Positions 30,331 through 39,792 of a stretch of DNA of 64,000 bases are shown here, one piece after another. Below the pieces are notes generated by a model. That model saw nothing but the letters and a program-made list of their open reading frames with translations, did not search any database and was not told where the DNA came from. The position numbers were made by a program, and so were the translations under genes. Source of the stretch: Candidatus Latescibacterota bacterium (lineage in GTDB: Bacteria; Latescibacterota; UBA2968; GCA-2709665); assembly GCA_965203805.1 (NCBI GenBank), contig OZ241917.1, forward strand, positions 2,912,001 to 2,976,000. Direction: 5' to 3'. Position 1 is the first letter of the stretch. Each line of letters starts with the position of its first letter.

Positions 30331-31395
30331 ATGGAAACGCGTACATTTCGCGGAAGTCCCGCTGAAATCGGCAAGGCTCAGGGCGCCATGAACCCGGAGG
30401 CCGCACGGGATTACCTGGCGTTCTGGGAGGCCCGCCCTCACGATTTCGGGAATACCTACTTTCGGGAAAACCTGGCGTTCATGCGGCGGGAGTTCCCCGA
30501 TATGATCGAACAGATCGGGGCGTTCGGCGAGGCGGCCGGAATGGCTTCTTTCGAGCACGCGTACTACGGCCACATCCTCTGGTCGGGTCCGATGGGAGAC
30601 GCCTGTTCGACCCTGGGAATCGTGCTTAAGGATGACGGGCCGGCAATGCTGTCCACCAACGACGGCGGCACGGACACGGTCCCCGGCACCGTATCGAATT
30701 CCGTTGTCTCGTTTTTCCCGGACACGAAACCGCACGGGATGATGGGATTCGGCAGCCGGCGGCAGGTCACCCTGGGAATGGCCGTGAACGACGCCGGACT
30801 GGCCGTGGGAGCCAACTCCGGGCACCGCAAATACAACTTCGTCTCCAACCCGGAACACCTCAACCTCTACTTCGTCGTCCACCTGATCGCGCAGCACTGC
30901 GGCGACTGCGCCGACGTCCGCCATTTCGTCGAACAGTATCGCATTTCGGGCCAGAAAGGCATGAATATGGTCACGGTGGACGCGGAGGGAAATATTCTTG
31001 GCCTGGAGCTCGAGTCGGAGAACGTGGCCATTTCCGAGGCGCAGGACGGCATGCTCCTGGAGGTCAACCACTGGCAGCATCCCAGGCTCCAGAATCCGTC
31101 GCGCGCAGCCGATCCCGATTTCTGGGACGGCCCCTACTTTTACAACTCCCAGGCGCGGGTGATGTATTTCGCCCACTATCGGAACGTGTTCGCTCGGATG
31201 AAGACCCTGCAGGAACTGGTCGACTTTTCATTCGACGTGCACGCGCCCGGACGCATCCTTCAGATGCACGGGCTGAACGTGAGCGATCTGATCTCCTGCC
31301 AGGTGATGTTTGCGACGACACGAGATCGAAAGATGCGCCTTTACCTGCATCCGATCGAAAAAGACGTTTACGAGGAGTTCGAATATCCGAATTGA
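30331..31395 (+). CDS. C45 family Ntn hydrolase, paralog of 25751
   Basis: DACST site; shared YFREN-AFMRREFP, GIxLKDDGPAML, DFSFDVHAPGRILQ. Confidence 0.75.
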   Translation: METRTFRGSPAEIGKAQGAMNPEAARDYLAFWEARPHDFGNTYFRENLAFMRREFPDMIEQIGAFGEAAGMASFEHAYYGHILWSGPMGDACSTLGIVLKDDGPAMLSTNDGGTDTVPGTVSNSVVSFFPDTKPHGMMGFGSRRQVTLGMAVNDAGLAVGANSGHRKYNFVSNPEHLNLYFVVHLIAQHCGDCADVRHFVEQYRISGQKGMNMVTVDAEGNILGLELESENVAISEAQDGMLLEVNHWQHPRLQNPSRAADPDFWDGPYFYNSQARVMYFAHYRNVFARMKTLQELVDFSFDVHAPGRILQMHGLNVSDLISCQVMFATTRDRKMRLYLHPIEKDVYEEFEYPN

Positions 31396-31671
31396 CCACG
31401 GGGTGGCAAGGTCGCAGCGAAGTGCGACGTTCACAGGCTCCCGTCGTCGATATTGAGTCTTACGACAGAAAATAACGCTCCGAACGAAGATGGCTGTTGC
31501 GATACGAAAGCGAATATTGTAGACTTTAGAGTGAACTCGTCGATTCACAGAGGCCACGCCGATGGCAGGATTTCACCGCCGGCATGAAGGCGCGGCTCTT
31601 TGCACACTTGTCCTTCCGGTGTTTCCGACGCTTTCCGGAACCTCGGAGGACGTATCCAAAAGGAGCAGGAT

Positions 31672-32586
31672 GTGATTCACATCGCGGGAATTTCATTGCC
31701 GTTTGTAAGCAGGACGAGCCTGAGAAGCTTCTCCCGTACAATACCCATACTCATCGCCGCCCTCGGCATCGTCGCGCCCGGCGTCGCTTTCGCCGGCGCG
31801 TGGACGCTGGAAAAGGGCCAGGTCTGGAGCAAGATCACCGGGTTGTACCAGGCCACCGATGAACACTTCGACAAGGATGGTGAACCGAGTGGGTTCCCCG
31901 CCGATTATACTTCGAGGGAGGTGTATCTCGACGTGTATTACGGGGTGACCAAGCGCTTCGATCTCGGCGTTCAGTTCGCGGCGATCAACCGTAAGTTCGA
32001 GAATTTCACCTCGAGCAGGCACAGAGAGATGTTCGGATATCGCGCTAAGGAGTCAGGTCTCGGCGACATCCGCGTCTTCGGCAAAGTCAATCTCGTTCAC
32101 GAGCCCGTCGTGGGCACCCTGATGCTTGGCATAAAGGCGCCAACCGGGGATTTCCGCGCCGCGCCCGAGGCCATGTCCGCCGGCAACGGCCAGTGGGACG
32201 TCGAAGTGGTGGCGCAAATCGGCAAGTCCTACTGGCCCATCCCGGTATACGCCAACATCGATCTGGGATATCGCCTCAGAGAGACCAACGAGACCATTCA
32301 CCACAACCCGGACGACGAGTTGATCTACAATCTCGAGGTCGGCGCCAGCCCCGTCGAAATGTTGAACGTTGCCCTCAAGCTGGAAGGGATCTCGGGCGCC
32401 GGCCGGCGGGTCACCTATGCGATACCCACGGTGATCGTCAGCCTGCCGCAGGGCCTCGCCCTTGAAGCCGCGGCGCGTGTGTCGGCGCTCGGCCGCGCCG
32501 ACCCTGCATTGGGTGCTCCGTATACCTTCTTCGCCGGCTCCACATTCCTGTTCGGGATCTCCTATACCGGAAGCCTGATGCAATAG
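31672..32586 (+). CDS. Outer-membrane beta-barrel, phenol-degradation MetA-like 'transporter' family
   Basis: Signal peptide then AGAWTLEKG, SGLGDIRV, GIKAPTG. Confidence 0.65.
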   Translation: MIHIAGISLPFVSRTSLRSFSRTIPILIAALGIVAPGVAFAGAWTLEKGQVWSKITGLYQATDEHFDKDGEPSGFPADYTSREVYLDVYYGVTKRFDLGVQFAAINRKFENFTSSRHREMFGYRAKESGLGDIRVFGKVNLVHEPVVGTLMLGIKAPTGDFRAAPEAMSAGNGQWDVEVVAQIGKSYWPIPVYANIDLGYRLRETNETIHHNPDDELIYNLEVGASPVEMLNVALKLEGISGAGRRVTYAIPTVIVSLPQGLALEAAARVSALGRADPALGAPYTFFAGSTFLFGISYTGSLMQ

Positions 32587-32637
32587 CAGCTTCAGCGGGG
32601 AACCCGCCCATCGACGGCAGTCCACGCAGGCCACATT

Positions 32638-32673
32638 AAACGGGGGAAGGGGCGATTGCCCCTTCCCCCGTTT
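32638..32673. terminator. Perfect 16-bp hairpin, likely bidirectional terminator
   Basis: AAACGGGGGAAGGGGC-GATT-GCCCCTTCCCCCGTTT between convergent genes. Confidence 0.75.
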
Positions 32674-32712
32674 GCTCTTCTCGCATCCGGACCGTTGCGC
32701 TTTCACCTCATC

Positions 32713-32861
32713 GTCACTCCCCCCTTGAGGGGGAGTCGCAGAATCCGATCCGGACCCTGAGCCTGCCTGCATTGAGCTCGGTCCCTGAGCCGCCGCCCTG
32801 AGCCTGCCGAAGGGTTCTCGAAGGATCGAAGGGCCGCCGAAGGCTGATGCGGTGGGGGGAT
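32713..32861. repeat. REP-like palindromic element with nested CCCTGAGC..CGAAGGG units
   Basis: Shares GTCACTCCC..TGAGGGGGAGTCGCAGAA..CGAAGGCTGAT..GGGGGAT with 35659-35747. Confidence 0.8.
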
Positions 32862-32862
32862 T

Positions 32863-33267
32863 TCAGATAAACGGATCGACGAGTTCTATGCCGCTGGCTT
32901 CGAAATCGCGGCGATTTCGTGTTGCAAGGGGTAGTCCGTGAGTCAGGGCGGTGGCGGCAATGAAGCTGTCTTTGATCGGCATCGGTTTTCCAATTGAGCG
33001 GAGATCCGCCAGCAACTCGGCCCAACGCAGTCCCGTCTCGGCGTCCCACGGGACGCAGTGGATACGGCGAGCGACTTCGTCGAACCAGCGTTCGAGCCCG
33101 CGGCGCTTCTGTCCCGCGGGCAGCAGGAGAATCCCAAATCGGACTTCACCCAGAATCACGGGATCGACTACCAGGCCGCGTTCGTTACGCGCCAGCCACT
33201 CGATCACCCCCGGATCCGGCCCAGTCTGGGTCGGTTCGCACAATACGTTGGCATCCACGAGGCACAT
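32863..33267 (-). CDS. vapC: VapC PIN-domain toxin
   Basis: LVDANVL, ILGEV, DSFIAATA, TRNRRDF; TGATG coupling. Confidence 0.9.
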   Translation of the reverse strand: MCLVDANVLCEPTQTGPDPGVIEWLARNERGLVVDPVILGEVRFGILLLPAGQKRRGLERWFDEVARRIHCVPWDAETGLRWAELLADLRSIGKPMPIKDSFIAATALTHGLPLATRNRRDFEASGIELVDPFI

Positions 33268-33509
33268 CAGGGCAGCGATCCGAGGGTGTCGGTCGACTCC
33301 GATTCGATCGGCACGAACCAGCCTTTTTCGGGACACGCGAGGAGCGCGTCCACCAGCCCGTGATTCTGCGGGGCGTCTGCAACGACAAGGCGATACTCAC
33401 CTTCGTCTACCCGTTCGACTGCAAACGACTGGCCAGGTTCCAGTTTGTCCCGATGACGAAACTCGGCCGGAATGACAATCTGACCCCGGGTTGAGAGGAC
33501 TGTTTTCAT
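33267..33509 (-). CDS. AbrB/MazE-type antitoxin
   Basis: LSTRGQIVIPAEFR. Confidence 0.88.
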   Translation of the reverse strand: MKTVLSTRGQIVIPAEFRHRDKLEPGQSFAVERVDEGEYRLVVADAPQNHGLVDALLACPEKGWFVPIESESTDTLGSLP

Positions 33510-33514
33510 AGGAC

Positions 33515-33545
33515 GTAAGATAACGTCTTACACCAGGATTGTCAA
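33515..33545 (-). promoter_or_regulatory. Leaderless promoter with GTAAGA-N5-TCTTAC operator
   Basis: TTGACA-17-TATCTT, 7 nt before ATG, no RBS. Confidence 0.75.
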
Positions 33546-33683
33546 TGCCCGGCAGGTCTTCAACGGAAAGACTCGCCCTTTACTTTATCCGGTATCTTCG
33601 GTATTTTGCCTTCCCGTAAAGCTGATGGCAGGGCCGTGATCCGGATTGAGTATAATACCGATTTGCACGAGAGGGGCGCAGGG

Positions 33684-34826
33684 TTGACGCGGATTCGGCG
33701 GATGATTGTTTTTGGTTGGCTGGTTCTTGCGAGCACAGCGGTACACGCTCACGCCCAGACCCCGGAATCGGAGGCGCCGCGTTTTACGGAAAAGCACCGC
33801 GGCGTCTGTTTCGTGGCAGGGCCCGGCCGCCCTGCGGATGCGGCCTTCGACCGTCTGGCCGCGCTGAACGTGAACTGGATTTCCCAGACGCCGTTCGGAT
33901 GGCAGCAGAGCGCCGAAACCCCTGAAGTGATCCTCGCGACTTCCGGACGGGTCTGGTGGGGAGAATCGGACGAAGGACTGGCCGAGACAGCACGGCGGGC
34001 GCGGCAGGGGGGCATCCGTACAATCCTGAAGCCCCACGTCTGGATCCGCGACCGCAGCGACGGGAGATGGCGCGGAAATATTGATTTTTCGACCCATGAA
34101 GCATGGGACCGGTGGTGGGCGAGCTACCGGCGATTCATCCTTCATTACGCCGAACTGGCGGAATCCACAGGGATGGAGGGGCTGTGTATCGGGACGGAAC
34201 TGCGCAGCGCCGTGTTGAACCGCCCGGAAGCATGGCGCGTGTTGATTGCCGACGTGCGGGAGGTGTACGGGGGCGAACTCACCTATTCAGCCAACTGGTA
34301 CCGGGAGTTCGAGGAAGTTCCGTTCTGGGACGCGCTCGACTACATCGGTATCCAGGTCTATTTTCCGCTGGCGGACACGACCGCCGGCAATTTGGCGCTC
34401 GATGAACTAAAGACGGCGTGGGCGCCCCATGTTGGGCGGATCGAGGCGCTTCAGCAGCGGGTGGGAAAGCCGGTGCTGTTTACGGAGGTGGGCTACCGGA
34501 GCACCGCGGACGCGGCCGTGGCGCCGTGGGTATGGCGGTCGGCCGCGCCGGTGGACGACGAACTGCAGGCGACGCTTTACGAAGCGATGTTCCGGACATT
34601 CTGGCGCCAGCCCTGGTTTGCGGGCACGCACGTCTGGAAGTGGTTCCCCGAGGGCAGCACGCGATTCGAAGGAAGGCGCGCGCGCCGCCGCGCACTTCAA
34701 AGGGAAAGCGGGTTCACACCGCAAGGGAAGCCGGCGGAAAAGGTGCTTGGCCGTTGGTACGGGATTATCGGGCCGCAACCGGATACCGAAACCGACGGAT
34801 CATCGCGGGAAATTCCCGGTCGGTAG
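33684..34826 (+). CDS. Glycoside hydrolase family 113-like (GTA TIM-barrel-like)
   Basis: ILKPHVW, CIGTEL, TYSANW, VPFWDALDYIG, FTEVGY. Confidence 0.85.
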   Translation: MTRIRRMIVFGWLVLASTAVHAHAQTPESEAPRFTEKHRGVCFVAGPGRPADAAFDRLAALNVNWISQTPFGWQQSAETPEVILATSGRVWWGESDEGLAETARRARQGGIRTILKPHVWIRDRSDGRWRGNIDFSTHEAWDRWWASYRRFILHYAELAESTGMEGLCIGTELRSAVLNRPEAWRVLIADVREVYGGELTYSANWYREFEEVPFWDALDYIGIQVYFPLADTTAGNLALDELKTAWAPHVGRIEALQQRVGKPVLFTEVGYRSTADAAVAPWVWRSAAPVDDELQATLYEAMFRTFWRQPWFAGTHVWKWFPEGSTRFEGRRARRRALQRESGFTPQGKPAEKVLGRWYGIIGPQPDTETDGSSREIPGR

Positions 34827-35076
34827 CGCAAGGTCTGACTCTTGTCGAATGTAGCTCTTTACTTCACATCGATTGTTTCCCATATTAAACCGGGCCTTCA
34901 ACGAGTGTACTGAACCGCGTCGACGTCGGCGAAGGCCTTGAACAGCGGCACGGGGTCAGCACGATTGGTGAACGGCTGCCGCGCCGCCACGAAATCGTCT
35001 TCGGTCCTTATCCGCGTCTTCGGCCAACGACGCGGCGCCGGGAGTAACTCTACACCACGTGACAGGAGGTAGAACC

Positions 35077-35397
35077 ATGGCCAATTATATGTTCCGCACC
35101 AGGTACACGCGGTCGGGTCTCGAGGGCCTGCTCAGAGAAGGAGGCACGGGTCGACGAGAGGCTTTGAGGCAGACCATCGAAGGGATGGGCGGAAAGCTGG
35201 AGGGCTTCTACTACGCGATGGGCGATGACGATCTCATCCTGATCGCGGAGATTCCCGATCAAACCACCGCGGCAGCCATCGCGCTGAATATCGCCGCCGC
35301 AGGGGCACTGGAAGTCTCCACGACGGTCCTGGTATCGCCGGAGACCATCGACGAAGCGGTGAACAAGAGCGTGCCGTACCGCCTGCCTGGCGAGTGA
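35077..35397 (+). CDS. GYD domain protein
   Basis: YTRSGLEGL..MGGKLEGFYYAMGDDD..EIPD. Confidence 0.85.
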   Translation: MANYMFRTRYTRSGLEGLLREGGTGRREALRQTIEGMGGKLEGFYYAMGDDDLILIAEIPDQTTAAAIALNIAAAGALEVSTTVLVSPETIDEAVNKSVPYRLPGE

Positions 35398-35465
35398 CGC
35401 GAGCGAAACCTCGTCGAAGACTCGTCACCATTCAGCCGTCCCTGATGCTCGGTCAGTCCGCCGCA

Positions 35466-35572
35466 TTGACGATGAAGGCCCCTTTTCGCATCTGAGAAGG
35501 GGCCGTTTTCGCGTTCGATGTCCTGGATTTGAGGTGATTTGAACGATGACAATACAGGTCGAGGGTCAGGTC
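35466..35572 (+). repeat. Left 107-bp direct repeat of the defence island
   Basis: 99/107 identical and ungapped versus 54552-54658. Confidence 0.9.
35477..35509 (+). terminator. Terminator-like hairpin
   Basis: GGCCCCTTTTC/GAGAAGGGGCC stem then GTTTT. Confidence 0.6.
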
Positions 35573-35588
35573 GGGATACAAACTACCC

Positions 35589-35822
35589 TGGCGCTGCTTC
35601 GCTTTGCTCAGCCGCAACCAAATACGCGCAAGTGAATGAGGGCGCTAACGACGTATTTGTCACTCCCACCATGAGGGGGAGTCGCAGAAGCCGAGCCGAT
35701 CCCTGAGCTTGTCGAAGGGCCGGCGAAGGCTGATACAGCGGGGGGATCGCACCGCCCTTTTTGTTGACTGGCAGCATGAAAAACATGAACCCATTTTGCG
35801 GAGAAGTCTTACTGTAAGACTC
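35589..35822 (+). mobile_element. 234-bp non-autonomous derivative (MITE) of the IS at 42834-44572
   Basis: Both ends match: GCGCtGCTTCGCTtTGCTCAGCCGCAACCAAA and CATTTTGCG..GAAGTCTTACTGTAAGACTC. Confidence 0.85.
35659..35747. repeat. REP-like element inside the MITE
   Basis: Copy of the 32713 family with one CCCTGAGCTTGTCGAAGGG unit (35701-35719). Confidence 0.8.
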
Positions 35823-35987
35823 CAATTGGATTGCGCCAGAAACACCCGGACAGACGATGTCGAAGTTTGGCAATTGCCCTGTTGAATATCGAATCCTGCT
35901 TTCGTAAATTCAATGACTTTTGTTTTCTTCCCTATAGCAGAATCTGCATTGGGCAAGATTCACATCACGACCACGGTTGGAGATAAA

Positions 35988-38186
35988 ATGAGTCTTGAAG
36001 CGACCGATTCTAGGAATAACAATCCGGACCAGACCTCAACTGAAACTGGCCGTGGCGCCCCGGCGGGAAAGCTGAACGTCAGCAACTTCATCTGGAGCAT
36101 TGCCGATGACGTGCTGCGGGATGTTTTCGGCAGGGGCAAATACCGGGATGTCATACTGCCCATGACGGTCATACGCCGTCTCGACTCCGTTCTGGAACCG
36201 ACGAAAGACGCGGTGCTCCAGATGAAAGCCCGGTTGGACGCGGCAGGTGTGACCAACCAGGACGCGGCGTTACGCCAGGCATCCGGCGAGGCCTTTTACA
36301 ACGCGTCACCATTCAGGCTCCGCGATCTGACCTCCCGGGCCAGGCAGCAGCAGTTAAGCGCCGACTTCGAGGCGTACCTTGACGGGTTCTCCCCCAATGT
36401 GCAGGAAGTCATCGACAGGTTCAAGTTTCGCAATCAGATCCCTGAATTGGTGGAGAACGATTTGCTCGGGTTTCTGCTTGAGAAATTCCTGGATCCGGCG
36501 ATCAACCTCAGCCCCAAACCCGTGCTGAACGCTGACGGATCCGTGCGCCTGGAACCGCTCGACAACCACGGAATGGGCACTGTGTTCGAAGAACTGATAC
36601 GGCGTTTCAACGAAGAGAATAACGAGGAAGCCGGCGAGCACTTCACGCCTCGCGACGTCGTACAACTCATGGCGCGGCTGATATTCATACCTGTTGCCGA
36701 CGAGGTCAAATCAGGCACCTACCTGGTATACGACGGCGCTTGCGGCACCGGCGGCATGTTAACCGTCGCCGAAGAGACGCTCACCCGACTTGCCGAGGAA
36801 CACGGCAAAGACGTATCGGTCCATTTGTACGGCCAGGAAATCAACCCCGAAACCTATGCCATCAGCAAGGCCGATCTTATCCTGAAGGGCGAGGGCGTCG
36901 AGGCCGACAACATGCGGTATGGCTCGACCCTATCCGCCGACGCCTTCCCCGCCAACGAATTCGACTTCATGTTGTCCAATCCTCCCTATGGCAAGAGCTG
37001 GAAAGGCGACCTGGAACGCATGGGCGGCAAGTCTGACATTCGGGACCCGCGTTTCATTGTGGACCACGGAGACGATCCGGAGCACTCGCTCATCACCCGT
37101 TCCAGCGACGGTCAGATGATGTTCCTGGCCAATATGCTGAGCAAGATGAAACAGGACACATCACTCGGAAGCCGCATTGCCGAGGTCCACAACGGAAGTT
37201 CCCTTTTCACCGGCGACGCCGGACAGGGTGAGAGCAACATCCGCCGATGGATCATTGAGAACGACTGGCTGGAAGCAATCGTCGCGCTTCCGCTCAACAT
37301 GTTCTACAACACCGGCATCGCCACATACATCTGGGTGTTGTCGAACCGCAAACCCAAGCATCGCCAGGGCAAGGTGCAACTCATAGACGCCACGCAATGG
37401 TCCAAACCGCTACGCAAAAACCTCGGCAATAAAAACTGTGAACTGTCGGACGAAGACATCCAGCGCATCTGCGATGCGTTCCTTGCCTTCGAAGAGACCG
37501 AGCAATCGAAGATATTTCCGAATGAAGCGTTCGGTTACTGGAAAGTCACCGTCGAACGTCCTTTGCGACTGAGTGTCGAGCTGACACCGGAACATCGCCA
37601 GCGCTTCCGCACAACATGCAAAGACGCGAACGAAGAACTACTCGCCGAGGTCATAGATCGCGTGGCGTCGGAACTAGGCGACGAGCCTCACGGTGACTTC
37701 AACCGGTTCCTGGAAGTCGTTGCAAAGTACGCGCCTGAGTGCGGGGTTAAACTGACAACGGGACGCAAGAAGCTGCTTCAGACCACCCTGGCATCACGCG
37801 ACGAGACCGCGGAGCCCGTTATGAAGAGGATCCATCGTTCAGGAAACGTCGAACCCGATTCAATCCACGGCCGTGTTGAAACCACCATCGACGGTAGAAA
37901 ACGCATCGTCGAGTACGAACCCGACAGCGAACTTCGCGATACCGAACAGGTGCCTTTGCTCGAAGAGGACGGTATCGAGGGCTTCCTGCGCCGTGAGGTG
38001 CTGCCTTATGCACGGGACGCCTGGTACGATCCGGCCAGCGTCAAGATCGGATACGAAATCAGCTTCACGCGCTACTTCTACAAGCCCCAACCGATGCGAA
38101 CGCTGGAAGAAATCCGGGCCGATATACTGGCTCTGGAGCGGGAAACCGAGGGACTGTTGGGAGAAATACTCGGACAGCAATGCTAA
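35988..38186 (+). CDS. hsdM: Type I RM methyltransferase subunit
   Basis: FIWSIADDVLRD, AGEHFTPR, YDGACGTGG, NPPY. Confidence 0.95.
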   Translation: MSLEATDSRNNNPDQTSTETGRGAPAGKLNVSNFIWSIADDVLRDVFGRGKYRDVILPMTVIRRLDSVLEPTKDAVLQMKARLDAAGVTNQDAALRQASGEAFYNASPFRLRDLTSRARQQQLSADFEAYLDGFSPNVQEVIDRFKFRNQIPELVENDLLGFLLEKFLDPAINLSPKPVLNADGSVRLEPLDNHGMGTVFEELIRRFNEENNEEAGEHFTPRDVVQLMARLIFIPVADEVKSGTYLVYDGACGTGGMLTVAEETLTRLAEEHGKDVSVHLYGQEINPETYAISKADLILKGEGVEADNMRYGSTLSADAFPANEFDFMLSNPPYGKSWKGDLERMGGKSDIRDPRFIVDHGDDPEHSLITRSSDGQMMFLANMLSKMKQDTSLGSRIAEVHNGSSLFTGDAGQGESNIRRWIIENDWLEAIVALPLNMFYNTGIATYIWVLSNRKPKHRQGKVQLIDATQWSKPLRKNLGNKNCELSDEDIQRICDAFLAFEETEQSKIFPNEAFGYWKVTVERPLRLSVELTPEHRQRFRTTCKDANEELLAEVIDRVASELGDEPHGDFNRFLEVVAKYAPECGVKLTTGRKKLLQTTLASRDETAEPVMKRIHRSGNVEPDSIHGRVETTIDGRKRIVEYEPDSELRDTEQVPLLEEDGIEGFLRREVLPYARDAWYDPASVKIGYEISFTRYFYKPQPMRTLEEIRADILALERETEGLLGEILGQQC

Positions 38187-38723
38187 GAATCGCCTTTATT
38201 CAACGTAGTCCTTTACAAGGACGGGATTATCCCCATATTAAAGGCAGCGTTTAACGTGGCTGACGTCGCGCGCCATAGTCAACGTAGCCTTTACTATAGG
38301 TCGAATAAACGCGCATGCAAATCGTCAGCGTTATACACCAGAAGGCCGGCGCGACCCGGCGAGCAACGGACATCGAGTCCTAGAATAACTCTGCGAACGC
38401 ACGATAATTTCGATGGGCGACATGGAGGATCTGACGGGAACCACGTACACGGAAGCCAACAATGTCCTTAACCGATTGACTCGTTGCTGCAAGTTGCATG
38501 AATTCACCTGTCAGTCGCGGAACCGTAGGTTCATTAATGGGAGCTAAGTTTACCAGTTCCACGAATCCGGCTCGAATGGTGACCAGTGATCGTCGCACAG
38601 CTGATTGATCAACCTCAGAGGGATTTAAGTGTGTGACAGTCGCAGTAAGTCCAGCGGCTCTGGCGGTGGTGCTACAATTGCGCTGACAACGTCGACGACG
38701 ATACTTAATGAGAGGTATTCACA

Positions 38724-39194
38724 ATGAATTTTCTATTATTTCGCTTATTCTCTATCATAGGATTTGTGGCTGTGGAGGTGCCCGTAGAGGCTCAGAGTCC
38801 GACTGATAAGGCCTCGATTTCCGAAAGGGCAATGGAGTCGATCACGTGGTGCCACCCCTTGACCGTGATAGAACTCGTCATCGTGATTCTTGTGTTCGTT
38901 GCAATGCCGATTTATTCGTGGTATGTGAGCAAGAACGTAAAAAGCCCAAACGACCTTCCAAAACGTAAGGGTCTCAATCTGCCCGCAGGATCCGTGAGAA
39001 GCATGATTGCGTTGTTAGTCGTCGGCTCGTTCGTGAATTTCCTGATCTTTGGGGAGTCGGTGTTGGCTACGCATTTCGATAAGATCCTCGCCGCATTCGG
39101 GACGCTAAGCGGTAGCATCATCGGCTTTTATTTTGGTAATCGTAGCGCCGAGCCCCTTCAAACGGGCGACAATTCAATTGAAAAGCCAATGTAA
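38724..39194 (+). CDS. Small membrane protein (signal/TM plus about 3 TM)
   Basis: Hydrophobic segments; GLNLPAGSVRSMIAL and IIGFYFGNRS; GAGG RBS. Confidence 0.7.
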   Translation: MNFLLFRLFSIIGFVAVEVPVEAQSPTDKASISERAMESITWCHPLTVIELVIVILVFVAMPIYSWYVSKNVKSPNDLPKRKGLNLPAGSVRSMIALLVVGSFVNFLIFGESVLATHFDKILAAFGTLSGSIIGFYFGNRSAEPLQTGDNSIEKPM

Positions 39195-39307
39195 TTAAGT
39201 TTGGATCGGATTGCGTTTCCTTACGACGTAGGCCGAGAAACTCGTTGAGAACGACTGAAACGAGATACGATTACACCTGTGGCTTACCCCATCGGAGGAT
39301 GGTCGAA

Positions 39308-39790
39308 ATGAAACTGGACAGGCTCTTCAAAGACTTCAATCTACAAAAGGTGAAATTAAACCTAAAGGTAGTTCAGTTCGAAGTTTCCTTTCAACAAGCA
39401 GACAAGGATGCGGCTTGGGACCTCTATGTGGAAATGCTTACCAGAGTCGTAACTCAGGCACTTCCACGCGATGTCGGAGATGAGCTGGCGGCACTGGAAA
39501 GCGTACACTCCCTTTTTCCAGCAACGCGTGAAATCTTACGACATCACGGGCGGGCATCATTACATTTCAGTAAGGTCGCGGTTCCCGTGCTTAATCAAAT
39601 TATCCGGCCCTTCACCTCAAAGTGGCACAGGCAGAGCTTAGGCGGCGCTTTCGACCGTGAGACCGGACGTGCGGAGTTTCGAAAGGAACTAGAAAGTTTG
39701 CAGGTAGACCTACGCAGATACAACAGGATGCTTGCGGAGATTGCTAATGTGGAAGATTTGACCGACTTGGAAGAATGTAAAGGAGGATAG
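39308..39790 (+). CDS. Hypothetical alpha-helical protein
   Basis: AAWDLYVEMLTR..ALESVHSLF..LNQIIRPFTSKWH; GGAGG RBS; coupled to the TIR gene. Confidence 0.75.
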   Translation: MKLDRLFKDFNLQKVKLNLKVVQFEVSFQQADKDAAWDLYVEMLTRVVTQALPRDVGDELAALESVHSLFPATREILRHHGRASLHFSKVAVPVLNQIIRPFTSKWHRQSLGGAFDRETGRAEFRKELESLQVDLRRYNRMLAEIANVEDLTDLEECKGG

Positions 39791-39792
39791 CA

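Noticed and set aside
31396-31671. Structured leader before the MetA-like barrel gene
   Set aside because: Hairpins are possible but match no family I can identify
34895-35040. Minus-strand coding-like fragment (EDDFVAARQPF..DAVQYTR*)
   Set aside because: Too short with no start or recognisable family; at most a gene remnant
38191-38300. Possible mini-CRISPR
   Set aside because: Only two degenerate repeats with indels, no third copy and no cas genes
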